Shown: positions 23,331-34,632 of the stretch, in pieces
Position numbering within the stretch: the first letter of the stretch is position 1
Layout of the letters: each line of letters begins with the position of its first letter
Assembly (NCBI GenBank): GCA_013239625.1
Contig: MU054413.1
Location: 4,482,861-4,546,860 of the forward strand
Source of the DNA: Lama guanicoe
Taxonomy: Eukaryota
Direction of reading: 5' to 3'
DNA length: 64,000 bases
The notes under the pieces: generated by a model
The model's input: the letters and a program-made list of their open reading frames with translations, nothing else
Told to the model about the DNA's origin: nothing
The model's database searches: none
Made by a program: the position numbers and the translations under genes

Positions 23331-24972
23331 CATGCTCCAGTCGGAGCCATGATTGGCTTCCTCTGTCCCCTGACTGGGTGGTCTCAAGCACACCAGTTGG
23401 TTTTCCCATCTGAAACAGGGCTCCCAAATCCCTGAGCACACTGTGGTAAGAACCAGGAGGAGCGGTGGAGGAGGGAGGCAAAGGGGCTCTGGTCGATAGG
23501 GAGGCTGTGCAGAGGAGCGGAGACAGCACTGTGAAGCAAGTCTCAAACTCTGTACAGTCTGCTGCTTCCGGTATAGACCCAGATTCTCACTGAAGCATCG
23601 CTGTTTGGTGGTTTCTCACTAAGGAAGTTCAGGGTAAAAATAGCTCAGGAGGGGACTTGAATCCTAGTTGGGGGGTAGTCACTGCCCAGCTAATACACAA
23701 AAAAGGGGAAGAGGCTTACTAGTAGCCACGTGGACTCCCAGACTCACCCCCTCAACCCCCCTGCCGTGGGTCAGGGCCTTCTGCTCTGTAGTGGATGGGA
23801 GATGAGCTTCCAGCCCAGAGCCCCGGAACTGGAGGGGGTCTGAGTTCCTATACACCATCTGGGGACACCCTGGTTTCAGGGTGCATCACCTTGCCTGCTC
23901 TAACTCATTCCCTAATCGGGTTTCTGGCCCACTCTCAAGGAAGGGCCATTAAGAAGCTCTCTGGCACCAACTCCTTGCCAGTTGCCTCACAAGACCATCC
24001 TGCTGGAGGAGCTACCAGCCATGCCTAGCACCCATCTGCCAATCCAGCCTGATGGTCAAGAGCAGGGGACCCAGGCACCCATCCTGAGAGTGATGGTCTC
24101 CTGAAGCCCATCCATGGAAGCACCACCTCCCTTAACTGGTGCAAAGCGTGAGGGCAGGGAGACATCCCTGACCTCTTCTACTCCCACCCAAGCTGGCTTC
24201 CAGGTGAACTCAAGAATTGGGACGTATCTAGTGCCTCAGGCACCAAAGCTTATAAGACCCCTAGACCAAAACCACATGCTCCTGACTACCAAAACAGACA
24301 TTCAGCCCAGGCAGTCCTCTGAGAAACGCTCTCTCCAAGGTCTTAAACAAGATCCTGACAGTCTAGTGTCAGGTACCCCTAGAAAGGCCCCTTCCTGCCC
24401 TCAAGAGCGAACCCATCTCTCCTCCTCCTCCAGCCAGCCTCCCAGCAAACACTTGTCAGAAGTCTGTTCTGCACGCACCACCTTTCCGAAGGGCGCCCCG
24501 TCGCAATGGTGGCATCACCAGAGCCCACGGGGTCTCTGGAAGCTTTCAGCATTAGGGCAGCATCCTGACAAAGGAGCAGCTTGAAGTTAAGGACCCTCGG
24601 CTGCTTCCTCCGCGCAAGGTTTCCTGGCTGATTCTTATTTTTGCAACAGAAGCCGATTCAGGACGGAGCCTTGTAAAATGTCTGCTGGAGAGCCAACACT
24701 TCACCTTCTTGGGGGGGTGGAGGAGCACCCTGGTCCCGGACCCTGAGGAGAAGGACGGCCCCCTCTGTAGGCGCANNNNNNNNNNNNNNNNNNNNNNNNN
24801 NNNNNNNNNNNNNNNNNNNNNNNNNNNNNNNNNNNNNNNNNNNNNNNNNNNNNNNNNNNNNNNNNNNNNNNNNNNNNNNNNNNNNNNNNNNNNNNNNNNN
24901 NNNNNNNNNNNNNNNGAGCTGGGGCCCGGCCCGCGGGCGCCCTGCCGCCGACCCCTCCGGCCCCGCACTTAC

Positions 24973-25202
24973 CTGGAACTTGCACCGGCCGCGGTCCCGC
25001 CCTGGCGCCCGCGGGGGTCTGGGTCCGGCCGGGGGTGGCCGCGGCAAGCGACTCCGGCAGGGTTCAGCCGGCGCCGAACAAAGGCTGCGCGCAGGCAGCG
25101 GGCGCCGCCTGCGGCCCCGCTCCGCGCCGGGGCGGCGGCGGCGGCGGCGGCGCGGGGGCCCGGGCGGCTCCGGCGCCCGCTCGCTCCGTGCTGCCCGCTC
25201 CG
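24973..25202 (-). other. Probable non-coding first exon (5'UTR) of a minus-strand gene; 5' end lost in the N gap
   Basis: Minus strand reads ...GGTGCAAGTTCCAG|GTAAGTGCGG, a perfect U2 donor (plus-strand acttacctg, 24967-24975) inside the CpG island. No ATG in the visible exon. Confidence 0.65.
25131..25151 (+). repeat. (GGC)7 trinucleotide repeat, (GCC)7 in the putative 5'UTR
   Basis: Seven uninterrupted ggc units read directly. Confidence 0.95.
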
Positions 25203-26585
25203 NNNNNNNNNNNNNNNNNNNNNNNNNNNNNNNNNNNNNNNNNNNNNNNNNNNNNNNNNNNNNNNNNNNNNNNNNNNNNNNNNNNNNNNNNNNNNNNNNN
25301 NNNNNNNNNNNNNNNNNNNNNNNNNNNNNNNNNNNNNNNNNNNNNNNNNNNNNNNNNNNNNNNNNNNNNNNNNNNNNNNNNNNNNNNNNNNNNNNNNNNN
25401 NNNNNNNNNNNNNNNNNNNNNNNNNNNNNNNNNNNNNNNNNNNNNNNNNNNNNNNNNNNNNNNNNNNNNNNNNNNNNNNNNACGGCCCGCACCCTGCGCC
25501 GCGTGCCGGGACCCCGATGGCACGACCACCCGCTCTGCGTGCGCCCGCGTGGGGCTGGGGGCTCGAGGGAGGCCGGGCGCGCCGCGGCGGGGGGAGGGGA
25601 GGGAGGAGGAGGAGCGCGGGAGGAAGATGAAAGGCTAGCAGACCTGCCTCGTCGTCTCCAGGGAGCCTTGGCTCGCGCGCGCCCTCCCCGCCCCGCGATC
25701 CTCGCCGTCCGCACCCCCGCCTCCCAGCCCGCCGCCAGCACTCACTCGCGCGCGCAGATCGTGGGCCCAGCCACTTTGCTGCGAGGGAACGCGAGCGAGT
25801 ATGAATCGGAGGCAGCTCACATTTCAAACTTGCACGCAGGGGTGGTGCTGGTGCACGCCACCGCCGAGCGAACTCACGACCCGACGAGCGGCGCTATAGC
25901 CTCCGGGCGGGGGCGGCGACCAGGTCCCCTTTCCTCCCCCGCCCAGGCAATTAATTGGAAGCAACACTTGTGCGAGTGGGTCTCCCGGAACGCTGCCGCC
26001 CGAGGGGGCCGCCGGGAAGGCGCTGGCGGTGGATGACTTCGGGTGTCTCCCGCCCCCCAGAGATTCCTCCCAAGTGGTCATGCTAATGAGGGTCCAAGGC
26101 GGGGTGGGGGCGGAGAAGGGAGCTGGCCTGGGGGCGGCCTCGGCCCGGGGGAGGGAAGGGGGCGGGGCGGGACTGGGGCATCCGGATTGTGACCTCGTTT
26201 TAAAGGATTTTCGGAACGGGTTAGAGGGGCAGAGAAGGCGGGCGGCCTGGCATCTTTCCTGGCACAGAGGCCCCTGCCACCCCTGGGATTCCCCCAGACA
26301 GGGTGAGCGGGCGAACGTACGCTCGAGCTCCCCGACTTGGGGGAGTTCCTGTGCCCTAGAACCAGAGGCTGTAGGGAAGCCGGGGGCGACTGCTGCGCGC
26401 GGCCCTGCCCCGCCCCGGGAGCTGCTGCCTTCCTGACACTGCATCCTGTGGTGGCCGCGGCCTCTTCCTTCCAGCCTGTCTGTCGCAAGGTCTCCTGGCG
26501 CTGAGCTAAGCAGACACCCCTGGAAGCCCACCCGCCTCCCTACCACCCCAAAAGGTTCTTCGCTCCTCCCTCTTTCGTAAGCATT

Positions 26586-26639
26586 TCCATCACCACGACC
26601 CTCTTGGGAGACTCCATCACCACGACCCTCTTGGGAGAC
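26586..26639 (+). repeat. Perfect 27-bp tandem duplication
   Basis: tccatcaccacgaccctcttgggagac twice (26586-26612, 26613-26639). Confidence 0.97.
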
Positions 26640-28499
26640 GCTTTAGTTTATAGCCACCTCCCCCAGACCCCACATACCTGCAGTGAAAATTTCTTGAGCG
26701 GTGACCTAACTGCCCAATTAGGAAGGTAAGTGGGGCCCCATCATTCACCCTAAAGAAAGGTAGCCAGAATTGTCTTTAAAATCTCTTCTATATGAGACTG
26801 CCATGCACTGCTCTCCTTGCCATAATGGGGAATTGACCAGGTCTATTAGCCTTTGATGTTGCTTTACCCGCCTTCATTTCTGATTACCACCCCCTGGCCC
26901 CCCCACCCTTTTCAGTCTGAGCTCTGGCTGGTCCCTAAACCTTCCTGTCTGTCCTACTGCCAGCCCCGGAATTGGCTGAGACAAATCACTTATCTAGAAA
27001 TTATGTTCTTGCTCCTTGTTTGACATAAATCGTTAGCAGGCTCTAATCCCACCCACTGCCACTTGAAATATCACTTTCAGGGATGGCATTTGGAAATGCA
27101 GTTGTCATGGGCTTTCCCTCTGAGGAGCTGGTTAAATGGATTAATTCATACTTCATAACTTGCTGCCTTTTGGACAAGAACTTGCTCCCTGCAAGAGAGA
27201 TTAATTGGCATTGCCTTCCTGCAGGGCCAACCCTGGGACAGCTGGGGAAGGGCTTTTCTGCTCTGCCCAAATTCCAGACTCTGCTCAGTCTCACCTCCTC
27301 TGAGGAGCCTTTCCTCATCTTGGGTTATGATGGCTTCTTTAGGGATAGTGATTTATTCACTGAGATATGCACTGGGGCCCTGCCCTCCCAAGCAGCCCCA
27401 CAGGGGTTTGAGATCCCAGGACGGAAGAGGCTAGTGAAGACCTCCCATCTTTCTCTCTTTCCTTGGCCCTGTCCCCGCTGCAGATCCCGTGGACCACAAA
27501 CTCCAAAGCCCAGTGCTGAGTGACACTCAGAAACAGAGGAGACATGACAATTTGGCCTCCTTTTCAGAAGAAAACACTGAGATGGATGTCCCTAAGATGT
27601 GGTTTCTAACATTAATCTGGTTTTAACACAATGTTAAGGTGCAGACCTCAATTATACAGAATTCAAGCAGCCAAAGACCTCAAATAACCAGAACACAGGT
27701 GTCCTGGATCCTCCCCTCCCAGAAGTTCTGTGCAATGATAGTTCACAATAGTCATCTGATCATTAGTGTCTTCTAAGCCACCAAAGAGCCAAACGTTTGG
27801 AACATCCAGGTTCATTCTTGAAATATCCTGTATGTGTTGGTACCATGTGGCCCCAGTCACTGAATTCAGAAATACCACTCCTGTAGGTTGAACTAGAATT
27901 TGGACTGGAATTGAGCAGAGTTTTACAACAGAGGGACACCGACCTGGTGGCACTGCCTGGGAGATGAATGACAGCCCCACCACTCCCCCTCCCCCACCTC
28001 CCAGGGAACTACTCTGGAAGGAGCCCAGGGGTAGGGTGAGGGAATAGCTTTGACATGCTTATTCAAAGCTTCACAGGCCTGGGACCAACTGACTTTCCCA
28101 GGTGAATTTTAAAAAAGTGGGAGGGGGTCCTCTCCACAAGCAGATTTATGTAATTAGGAAAACAAATTATTTTCAAGAATCCATTCACCAGCCAGCACAG
28201 AAGGCCTCCCGGCCAAAGCTAGGGTTTTCACATGCTAATTTCAAGGCCAGCTCAGTCCTATTCAAACCCCTCCCCAGCCCACTGGGTTACACACTGGGAG
28301 TCTAGAGAAATACAGCTACTCCAACCAGTTCCTGCTTCAGAAGGGCTTCTCCCCATTTACTCCACGTTCCAACTCCACTTCTCCAACTTCCAAAGATTTG
28401 CTCAAAGGCCTGGGGCCCAAAGTGGCCCGCTCCACCCCCTGGGTGCCTGCCTTGATAAGGATCTACAGGAAAGAGGCTGCAGACAAAGGCGCTCTCCAC

Positions 28500-28880
28500 C
28501 TCTGCACGCAGTCACTCAGCGAGCTCTCTGAGTGACCTCGGCGAGGGGGGGCACAGCCCAGGGGGATGACTTGGGAGGCAGAAGAAAGGAAGAAGAAAGG
28601 GAGAGCTGCGGCCCTGGCGCCGTGGCTCCTTGATGAATGCCCGCGAGCGCTCGGGAAGCCTGATTCGGGGATCAATAGCTGGTGGCTTTTCTTGCGGGTG
28701 TTTGAACTCCTCCTGCCGTGGGCCCTGGCGGGGAGGAGCTGCCAATAAATCACAGCACTGCAGCCGGGAAGGCAGCCGTGCCATGCACTGGAGGGCGCGG
28801 GAGGGAGGATGCTTCACCCAGCTGGGGGGCCTGTCGGGTGGAACCCATGTCTGCAGGACCAACCGGGCCATGGTGGGGAA
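28500..28880. promoter_or_regulatory. Small CpG-enriched islet, candidate enhancer or minor promoter
   Basis: Local CpG retention with no repeat similarity. Contains a 26-bp palindrome and CCAATAAATCACAGCA. Confidence 0.5.
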
Positions 28881-29854
28881 GGGACCGCTAGGGTGGAGTC
28901 GGGTGCAAGAGGAGCCTCCTCCAGGACACCCCAGCTCACATCCAGAGGGATGGGTCTTCTGGATTCTGCCCCAGCCCAGGCCAGTAAGGAGAAAAGAGCA
29001 AAGGATGTAGGTCCCCCAGGGGTGGAAAGTGGTTTCCAGGCTCAGGACTGGGTCATCTCCTATGTAAGGCTTTGGGGGGGGGGTGCATACAAAACCCTAG
29101 CTCCCTTCAGTTGAGATGGAGGCAGAACAATGCACCCAAGAGCCACAGAGCCAAATCTTTCTCAAGCTGGGCTTGCTGATTCAGCAGGTCTCGACAAGGA
29201 CCCTAGTGACTCAGAGATGTCACCCTTTTGGGCTCCAGCACTTGGAGGGAGAAGGAAGTAGACCGGGAGGCCCCAGGTGGTGCCCGCAGGAGTGTGGCAG
29301 GCATGAGCTCAGGCCTTGGGACCTGCTTGGTCATCTGTCTCCACACAACTGGTCCTTCTCAGTCAGGACACATGAAAGGGCGTGCGGGGCACAGAGTAGG
29401 TTCAATAAAGGCACGCAGTCACACCGGGGTAACTAACTGGCCGTGGAGCATCTGTCTCACTGCCGGCTGGGCTACCCCAGGAAGCACTCAAGCAGCTGCA
29501 CTGGGCGTGAGTTGATTCAGGGACTCTGCCTTCAAGGACCTTTCTCTGGGGCTTCTGCCCACCTCTGAGGGGTCAGGACACAAACTGCAGTGTCTTTTGA
29601 TAACACTGTTCCCTTGCCCCTTTCCCTTCCTCCTTCACCCAGGTCAGCCTCCTTAATTCTACATGTACAGTCTTGAAGAAAGAAAGCACAGCTGAGGTTC
29701 AGCTCGCAGCCAATGCTGGTGTCTCTGCCAGGCCTCAGGACCCCCCAGCCCCACCCCGACACACATGTACAGGGACAGCAGGAGGGCACACTGCCACTGG
29801 GGACACAGAGCTGGAAGCCCCAAGCTGGATCCAGGTGTCTCCTCTATCCATAGT

Positions 29855-30085
29855 AATACAGACCTCATTGTACTGAGTGCCTGCTGGCTGCCAGGTACAG
29901 TTCTAGGCACTTTCCAAGTATCAACAAACCATCCTCGCTGACAGCCCTCTCTGATAAGGTGTGATTATTATTTCCACTCTACAGAGGATAACAACGAGGC
30001 ACAGAGAGTTTTAGACACCTTGCAGAAGGATTTAAACTACCCAGCCATCTGGCCCTAAAGTCTGCACTGGTAACCATCATACTGT
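29855..30085 (-). mobile_element. MIR
   Basis: tactgagtgcctgctggctgccaggtacagttctaggcacttt...attattatttccactctacagagga...gaggcacagagag. Confidence 0.8.
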
Positions 30086-31035
30086 ATTCCCAAGATGGGA
30101 CTTCAGGATCCAGAGGAGACTGAGCATCAAAGTCACAAAGTGAGATGTGATGAGAGTCATGTCCCCCAACTCTTGTTTCATGTTCTTTCCAGCACATCAT
30201 ATTACACGTATGGAAATGTTTTGTTTCTTTTTGTTTCTTTTTCCTGTTTAGCCTCTGTGTGATTTAGGCATCTACCTGACATTCTGGGTTGGCCAGGGCC
30301 TCCACCTGAGCGGGGATGGGGTTCATAGTGGAGAATAAGACCTCCCTGGCTCAGAACATCCTGTCACTGCACCCTACTCCCTTCCTGGATTTATCCCCCA
30401 GCAGGGCCCTCATCCCACACTCAGGCTACATTCCCAGAAGTCTGCATTTGGCACTGACCCAAATCTTATGATCATTTCATTAAGAAAACAAAACCAACCC
30501 CTGCCCTACTCCTCCAGCGGCACCTCCGAGAAACCCTACAATTGCTTGAGAGGTTAGTGGGGATCCAGGAAAGCCTCCTGCCAGGCTGAAGGAGAGAGGA
30601 TGGGGGGGGTGGAACCCAGGAACCAAGCATGAAATGGTATCTCAGGTGGCTTCTGTCTTTAAGAACTGCCTGCCCTTCCACTCACTCAGCTGGGAAGGCA
30701 GCCACACCCCAGGCAGTCTGCCCTTGCCACTGGGATGCCCCCGCAGGCCTCTCAGCTATGCGGACAGGGCCCGAGGGGTTGGAGAGGAGACAGGAAGGAA
30801 CTGGCCATGCCCTCACCGGCTGAGGAGCTGTGGAGAGAGGCGATGTGTCTGGATTTGGAGGCTGAGGCTCAGGAACTAGTACTGACGAGCTGGTGGCCCT
30901 GGACAAGTCACGTAGGCTTCCTTGGGTCCCCACCTCCTCCTTAGTATAATAGGAGTGAGGTCAGCTAATCCCAGGTGCTAAGGAGGACCAAAGGAGATCA
31001 CAAGCCATCATTCTCAAGAGGCTGAGCAGCCGTGG

Positions 31036-31470
31036 TGTTGTGGGTCTGTGTCCCCACCACCACCGTCCCTGCCCCCAAAGGTGCTGAGGTGCTAACCTCC
31101 AGTACCTGTGAACTTTTTTGTACACAGGGTTGCAGATGATCAAGTTAAAATGAGGTCATTAGGGTGGGCCCTAATCTTAGATGAGTGGTGTCCTTATACA
31201 AAGTAGAAATTTAGATACAGAGACATGCAAACAGGGAGAGTGCAGTGTGAAGACTGCACTTCTGCCGTTGTGAGCCAGGGAACTGCTGGAAGCTAGGAGA
31301 GGTGCTTGGAATAGGTCCTTGACTGGTGCCTTCAGAGCAAGCACGTCCCTGCCACCAGGACAACTCAATCTTGGACTTCTGGCCTCTAGAACCACGAGAC
31401 AACACAATCGTGCTGTCCAGGTCACCCTGTCTGCGGCACTTTGTTATGGCTTTTCTAGCAAACTAATACG
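31036..31470 (+). mobile_element. MLT1 (MaLR) solo LTR, MLT1B/C-like
   Basis: Starts tgttgtggg. Contains aagttaaaatgaggtcattagggtgggccctaatc...tggtgtccttata and tcttggacttctggcctctagaac. Ends ctttgttatggc...agcaaactaatac. 5-bp flanks cgtgg / cacgg. Confidence 0.93.
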
Positions 31471-31475
31471 CACGG

Positions 31476-32065
31476 TGACCCTGCTAAAACCTAAGTCACG
31501 GCTCATCATTCCTCTGCTTAAACCCCTCCCCCCGTGGCTCCAGCTCAATCCGTGTAAAAACCCACATCTTTATTACAACCCACAAGACCCCACGTAACTC
31601 GGGCCCTGTCACCTCCCTTGACCTCACTGTCTTCCAGTCTCCCTCTGCTTTACTCTGCTCCAGCCTCGCTGCCTTCAGGCTGCAAATGCCCCCACGCTCT
31701 TCTCTAGGTGGCTGGACTCACTTCCCACCTCCTGCAGGCTTCCACTCAGGTGACACCTCCCCTGGGAAGCCTTCCTCACCTGCACTGCCCAAAGCTGCAG
31801 CCCCTCCTGACACTTCCTACCGCTCTTTTCCTGACTCAGGTTTTCCTTAGCCTTTATGACTGACGCATTTCAATTCCTTCTCTTGCTAACATGGTCTCCC
31901 TTGCTAGAAGTCAAGCTTATGTCAATAGTGACTTTTGTCTGTTTTGAACACCTTATATTGAGAGGATCTAAAATATGCCAGGCAGATGCGTGGTATTTGC
32001 TGTATGAATGAAGCATGGGCCAGCTACCTGATGGAATAAGTGAATCAAGGAACAAACGAGTGAAT
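31476..32065 (+). mobile_element. L2a 3' region, interrupted at its 5' side by the MLT1
   Basis: taaaacctaagtcacggctcatcattcctctgcttaaaccc...ctctgctccagcc...gggaagccttcct...ctagaagtcaagctt...tatttgctgtatgaatgaa. Confidence 0.85.
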
Positions 32066-34078
32066 AGTTGGGACTGTGGTGCCCTGTTCCCGCTGCCTGC
32101 CTGCCCGAAGCCGAGGTCCCCAAGCTGCAGTCTGGGAGAACGTGGGTTATTTCTCAGCGGAGGCAGCCTGTTCAGACAGGAAGCTTGGGCCAGCTAACAA
32201 AGGGGCTGCCAGAGGTGGTGGGGAGCTCGCCACCCAGGCCCCTAATGAATCTCTTCCCATTGATTTCTGGAGTCGCCTTTGAAGGGAAGGGAGGCCCAAG
32301 GCAGCTCGAATGTCCGTGCCTCAGCAGTCCTGGGTTTTTTTTCCTGTTCCCCGGACACAGCTTTGACAGGGGGCTTCCGGACAGCCCCCAGTTCGACTGA
32401 CATAAGCTCCCTGCAGTTGTAAAAGCAATTTTCCTTCCTGCTGAAACTGTCAGTCTTTCTGCCTGCCTGGCTGGGCAGCACACCTCCCTGTCTGGGCTCG
32501 GGCAGCCAAATTTCACTCCTGATGCTCCCCAGACAAAGGCTCTCACAGGCACCAGGAGGAGGCCGTCCTCCGCTCTGCAGAGGAAGAAATGGAGCTCAGA
32601 TGAGGGAAGGATTTCAGGCCGTACACACTCTCTGACTCATGGCTGGGGGCACCAGCAACGCTGAATGCAGGCTGCCCCAACTACCACCTGACCCCAGTGT
32701 ACCCCACAACCTGCACAGCCTATGACATCAGCCCTTTTTTCCTACAGGGACTCTACTTGCCTATCTGGAAACATCAACTCCTTGAGCATCGAAGTAAAGA
32801 CAGCCTAGTCAATTTTCAGCTGAGGAAACAGACTGAGGCTCAGAGAGGGACCAGGGCTTCCTCCAGTCACATAGCAAATTAGTGACAGAGTCAGGACTAG
32901 ATCCAGGACATCTGGATTGTTCCAGAGCCCCAAGCCATCCCTCCCAGTGTTTTCACCAACTGCAATGTCAAGGGTCAGCTCTCCAAACTGTAAAGTGCTA
33001 GACACATTTACTATTCTAAATGGCTCTTGCCCATCAACTGCTTCTTTCTATGAGCTAGGATTCAGATGGGGAGTGTCTGCCCTACTCTGTTCTTCCCCCC
33101 TCTTCACAGGGAGGTTGGGAGCCAGACTCTGGAACTTTCAGTCCCTTCCTCATCTACAGTGGGGGTCACATGCATCAGGAAGATGGGTGGTGGCATGAAA
33201 AGAAGATGGGTTTGGACTCAAAAGAAGGAAGCAGCTCCTGACAGTCAGGGCTGCCCAGGGTGGTAGCAGGCACCTTTGTCACCCGAGGTGTGTAAGCTGA
33301 GGATGGGGAGCTGTGGAAAGGATCCCACGCTGGTAGGCTTACGGTTCCTGAGGCCCTTTCTGTTTTGGGGTGCTGTGATAGGGAGGAGGAGAGGAAGGGT
33401 GGTTGAGAAGCATGCCCAAGCACCTCAGTGCAGCCTGGGCAGCAGTGCAGTAATTTTACAAGCTTCCTGAGCCCATCAAAGCTTGCCAGCAACCCTTCGT
33501 CACCTGGTGCACTCCCCGCCCTCCTCTCCTGACAGTCTTCCAGGTGCCTGCTCCCTTCCAGCCCCTTGCTCCCAGCCCATGGCAGCCCAGGGGATCTGGT
33601 GACTTCCTTCACTCCCCCAGCATGGTCCCAGGTGCCCCCCCAACCCCGGGGGCTCAGGACGTGAACAGACAGGCCACGTAGGAATGTCTGTCTGGGGAAA
33701 ATCCAACGTGGCCGCCAGGGCAGGGCAAGGAGTGGGAGGCCTGGTGTTGAAATCAGGACCTGCAGAGCTAAGCTCAGCAGGTGGGAACAGCACACTCCTC
33801 AGCCCAGAGGCCAAGGCCCCAGCTGAGGGAGATGCTGCCTGTGAGAAGGACTTGGGAGCTTACTGTGTGACCAAGGGCAGGTCACTGTCCCTCTCTGGGC
33901 CACAGCTTCCCCACCCACTGAAGACATCTAGTGTAGATGCAGGAACCTCTCTTTGCTGCTGGGGGCACCTGTCTCCCCAAGTTTGGCTGGGAAGACCCCA
34001 AGAAGTGTCACTATTGAGCTGACCCCCACTGATTTCCTGTAAAGGCCAGAGTAGACCAAGCAAGATTCCTATACTATA

Positions 34079-34412
34079 CAGTTGGCCTTCTGTATCTGTG
34101 GACCCTGCACNNNNNNNNNNNNNNNNNNNNNNNNNNNNNNNNNNNNNNNNNNNNNNNNNNNNNNNNNNNNNNNNNNNNNNNNNNNNNNNNNNNNNNNNNN
34201 NNNNNNNNNNNNNNNNNNNNNNNNNNNNNNNNNNNNNNNNNNNNNNNNNNNNNNNNNNNNNNNNNNNNNNNNNNNNNNNNNNNNNNNNNNNNNNNNNNNN
34301 NNNNNNNNNNNNNNNNNNNNNTTTATATACAAGAGACTTGAGCATTTGTGGATTTTGGTATCTGTGGGGGGGTCCTGGAACCAACCCCCTATGGATACTG
34401 AGGGGGTGTCTG
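34079..34412. mobile_element. MER2 / Tigger-type TcMar MITE spanning an N gap (34111-34321)
   Basis: TA|cagttggccttctgtatctgtgg ... gacttgagcatttgtggattttggtatctgtggggggtcctggaaccaacccc...ggatactgagggggtgtctg|TA. Terminal repeats and TA target duplication present. Confidence 0.9.
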
Positions 34413-34519
34413 TACATAATCCTGTTAAGACAAAGAAGCCAGTTGCAAAGCAGCAGGCCCACTATGGTCTCATTTTTGGATATTTATTTGCAGCCTATCT
34501 ATACGCACATCATTTTTCG

Positions 34520-34632
34520 TAGACTGTGAGCTCCATGAGGGCAGAGATTTTTATCTGTTTTGATCAATACTGTATCCCTGGCAACGCTACACTTGGCATA
34601 CGGTAGGTGTTCAACAAATGTTTGTTGAATAA
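34520..34632 (+). mobile_element. L2 3' terminus
   Basis: tagactgtgagctccatgagggcagaga...ttggcatacggtaggtgttcaacaaatgtttgttgaat. Confidence 0.9.

Larger units (their letters stand above)
24560..26480. promoter_or_regulatory. CpG island / promoter of an unidentified gene
   Basis: Very high GC with dense undepleted CpG, against CpG-depleted flanks. Tandem GC boxes GGGGCGGGGCGGG at ~26159-26172. N gaps at 24776-24915 and 25203-25481. Confidence 0.93.

Noticed and set aside
24658-26546. Long ORFs across the CpG island (389, 333, 309, 240 aa and others)
   Set aside because: Open in several frames on both strands, inflated by N runs and by stop-codon scarcity in GC-rich DNA; Arg/Gly/Pro/Ala-rich with no recognisable domain.
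34610-34629. Hairpin ttcaacaaa-tg-tttgttgaa
   Set aside because: Intrinsic to the L2 3' terminus.
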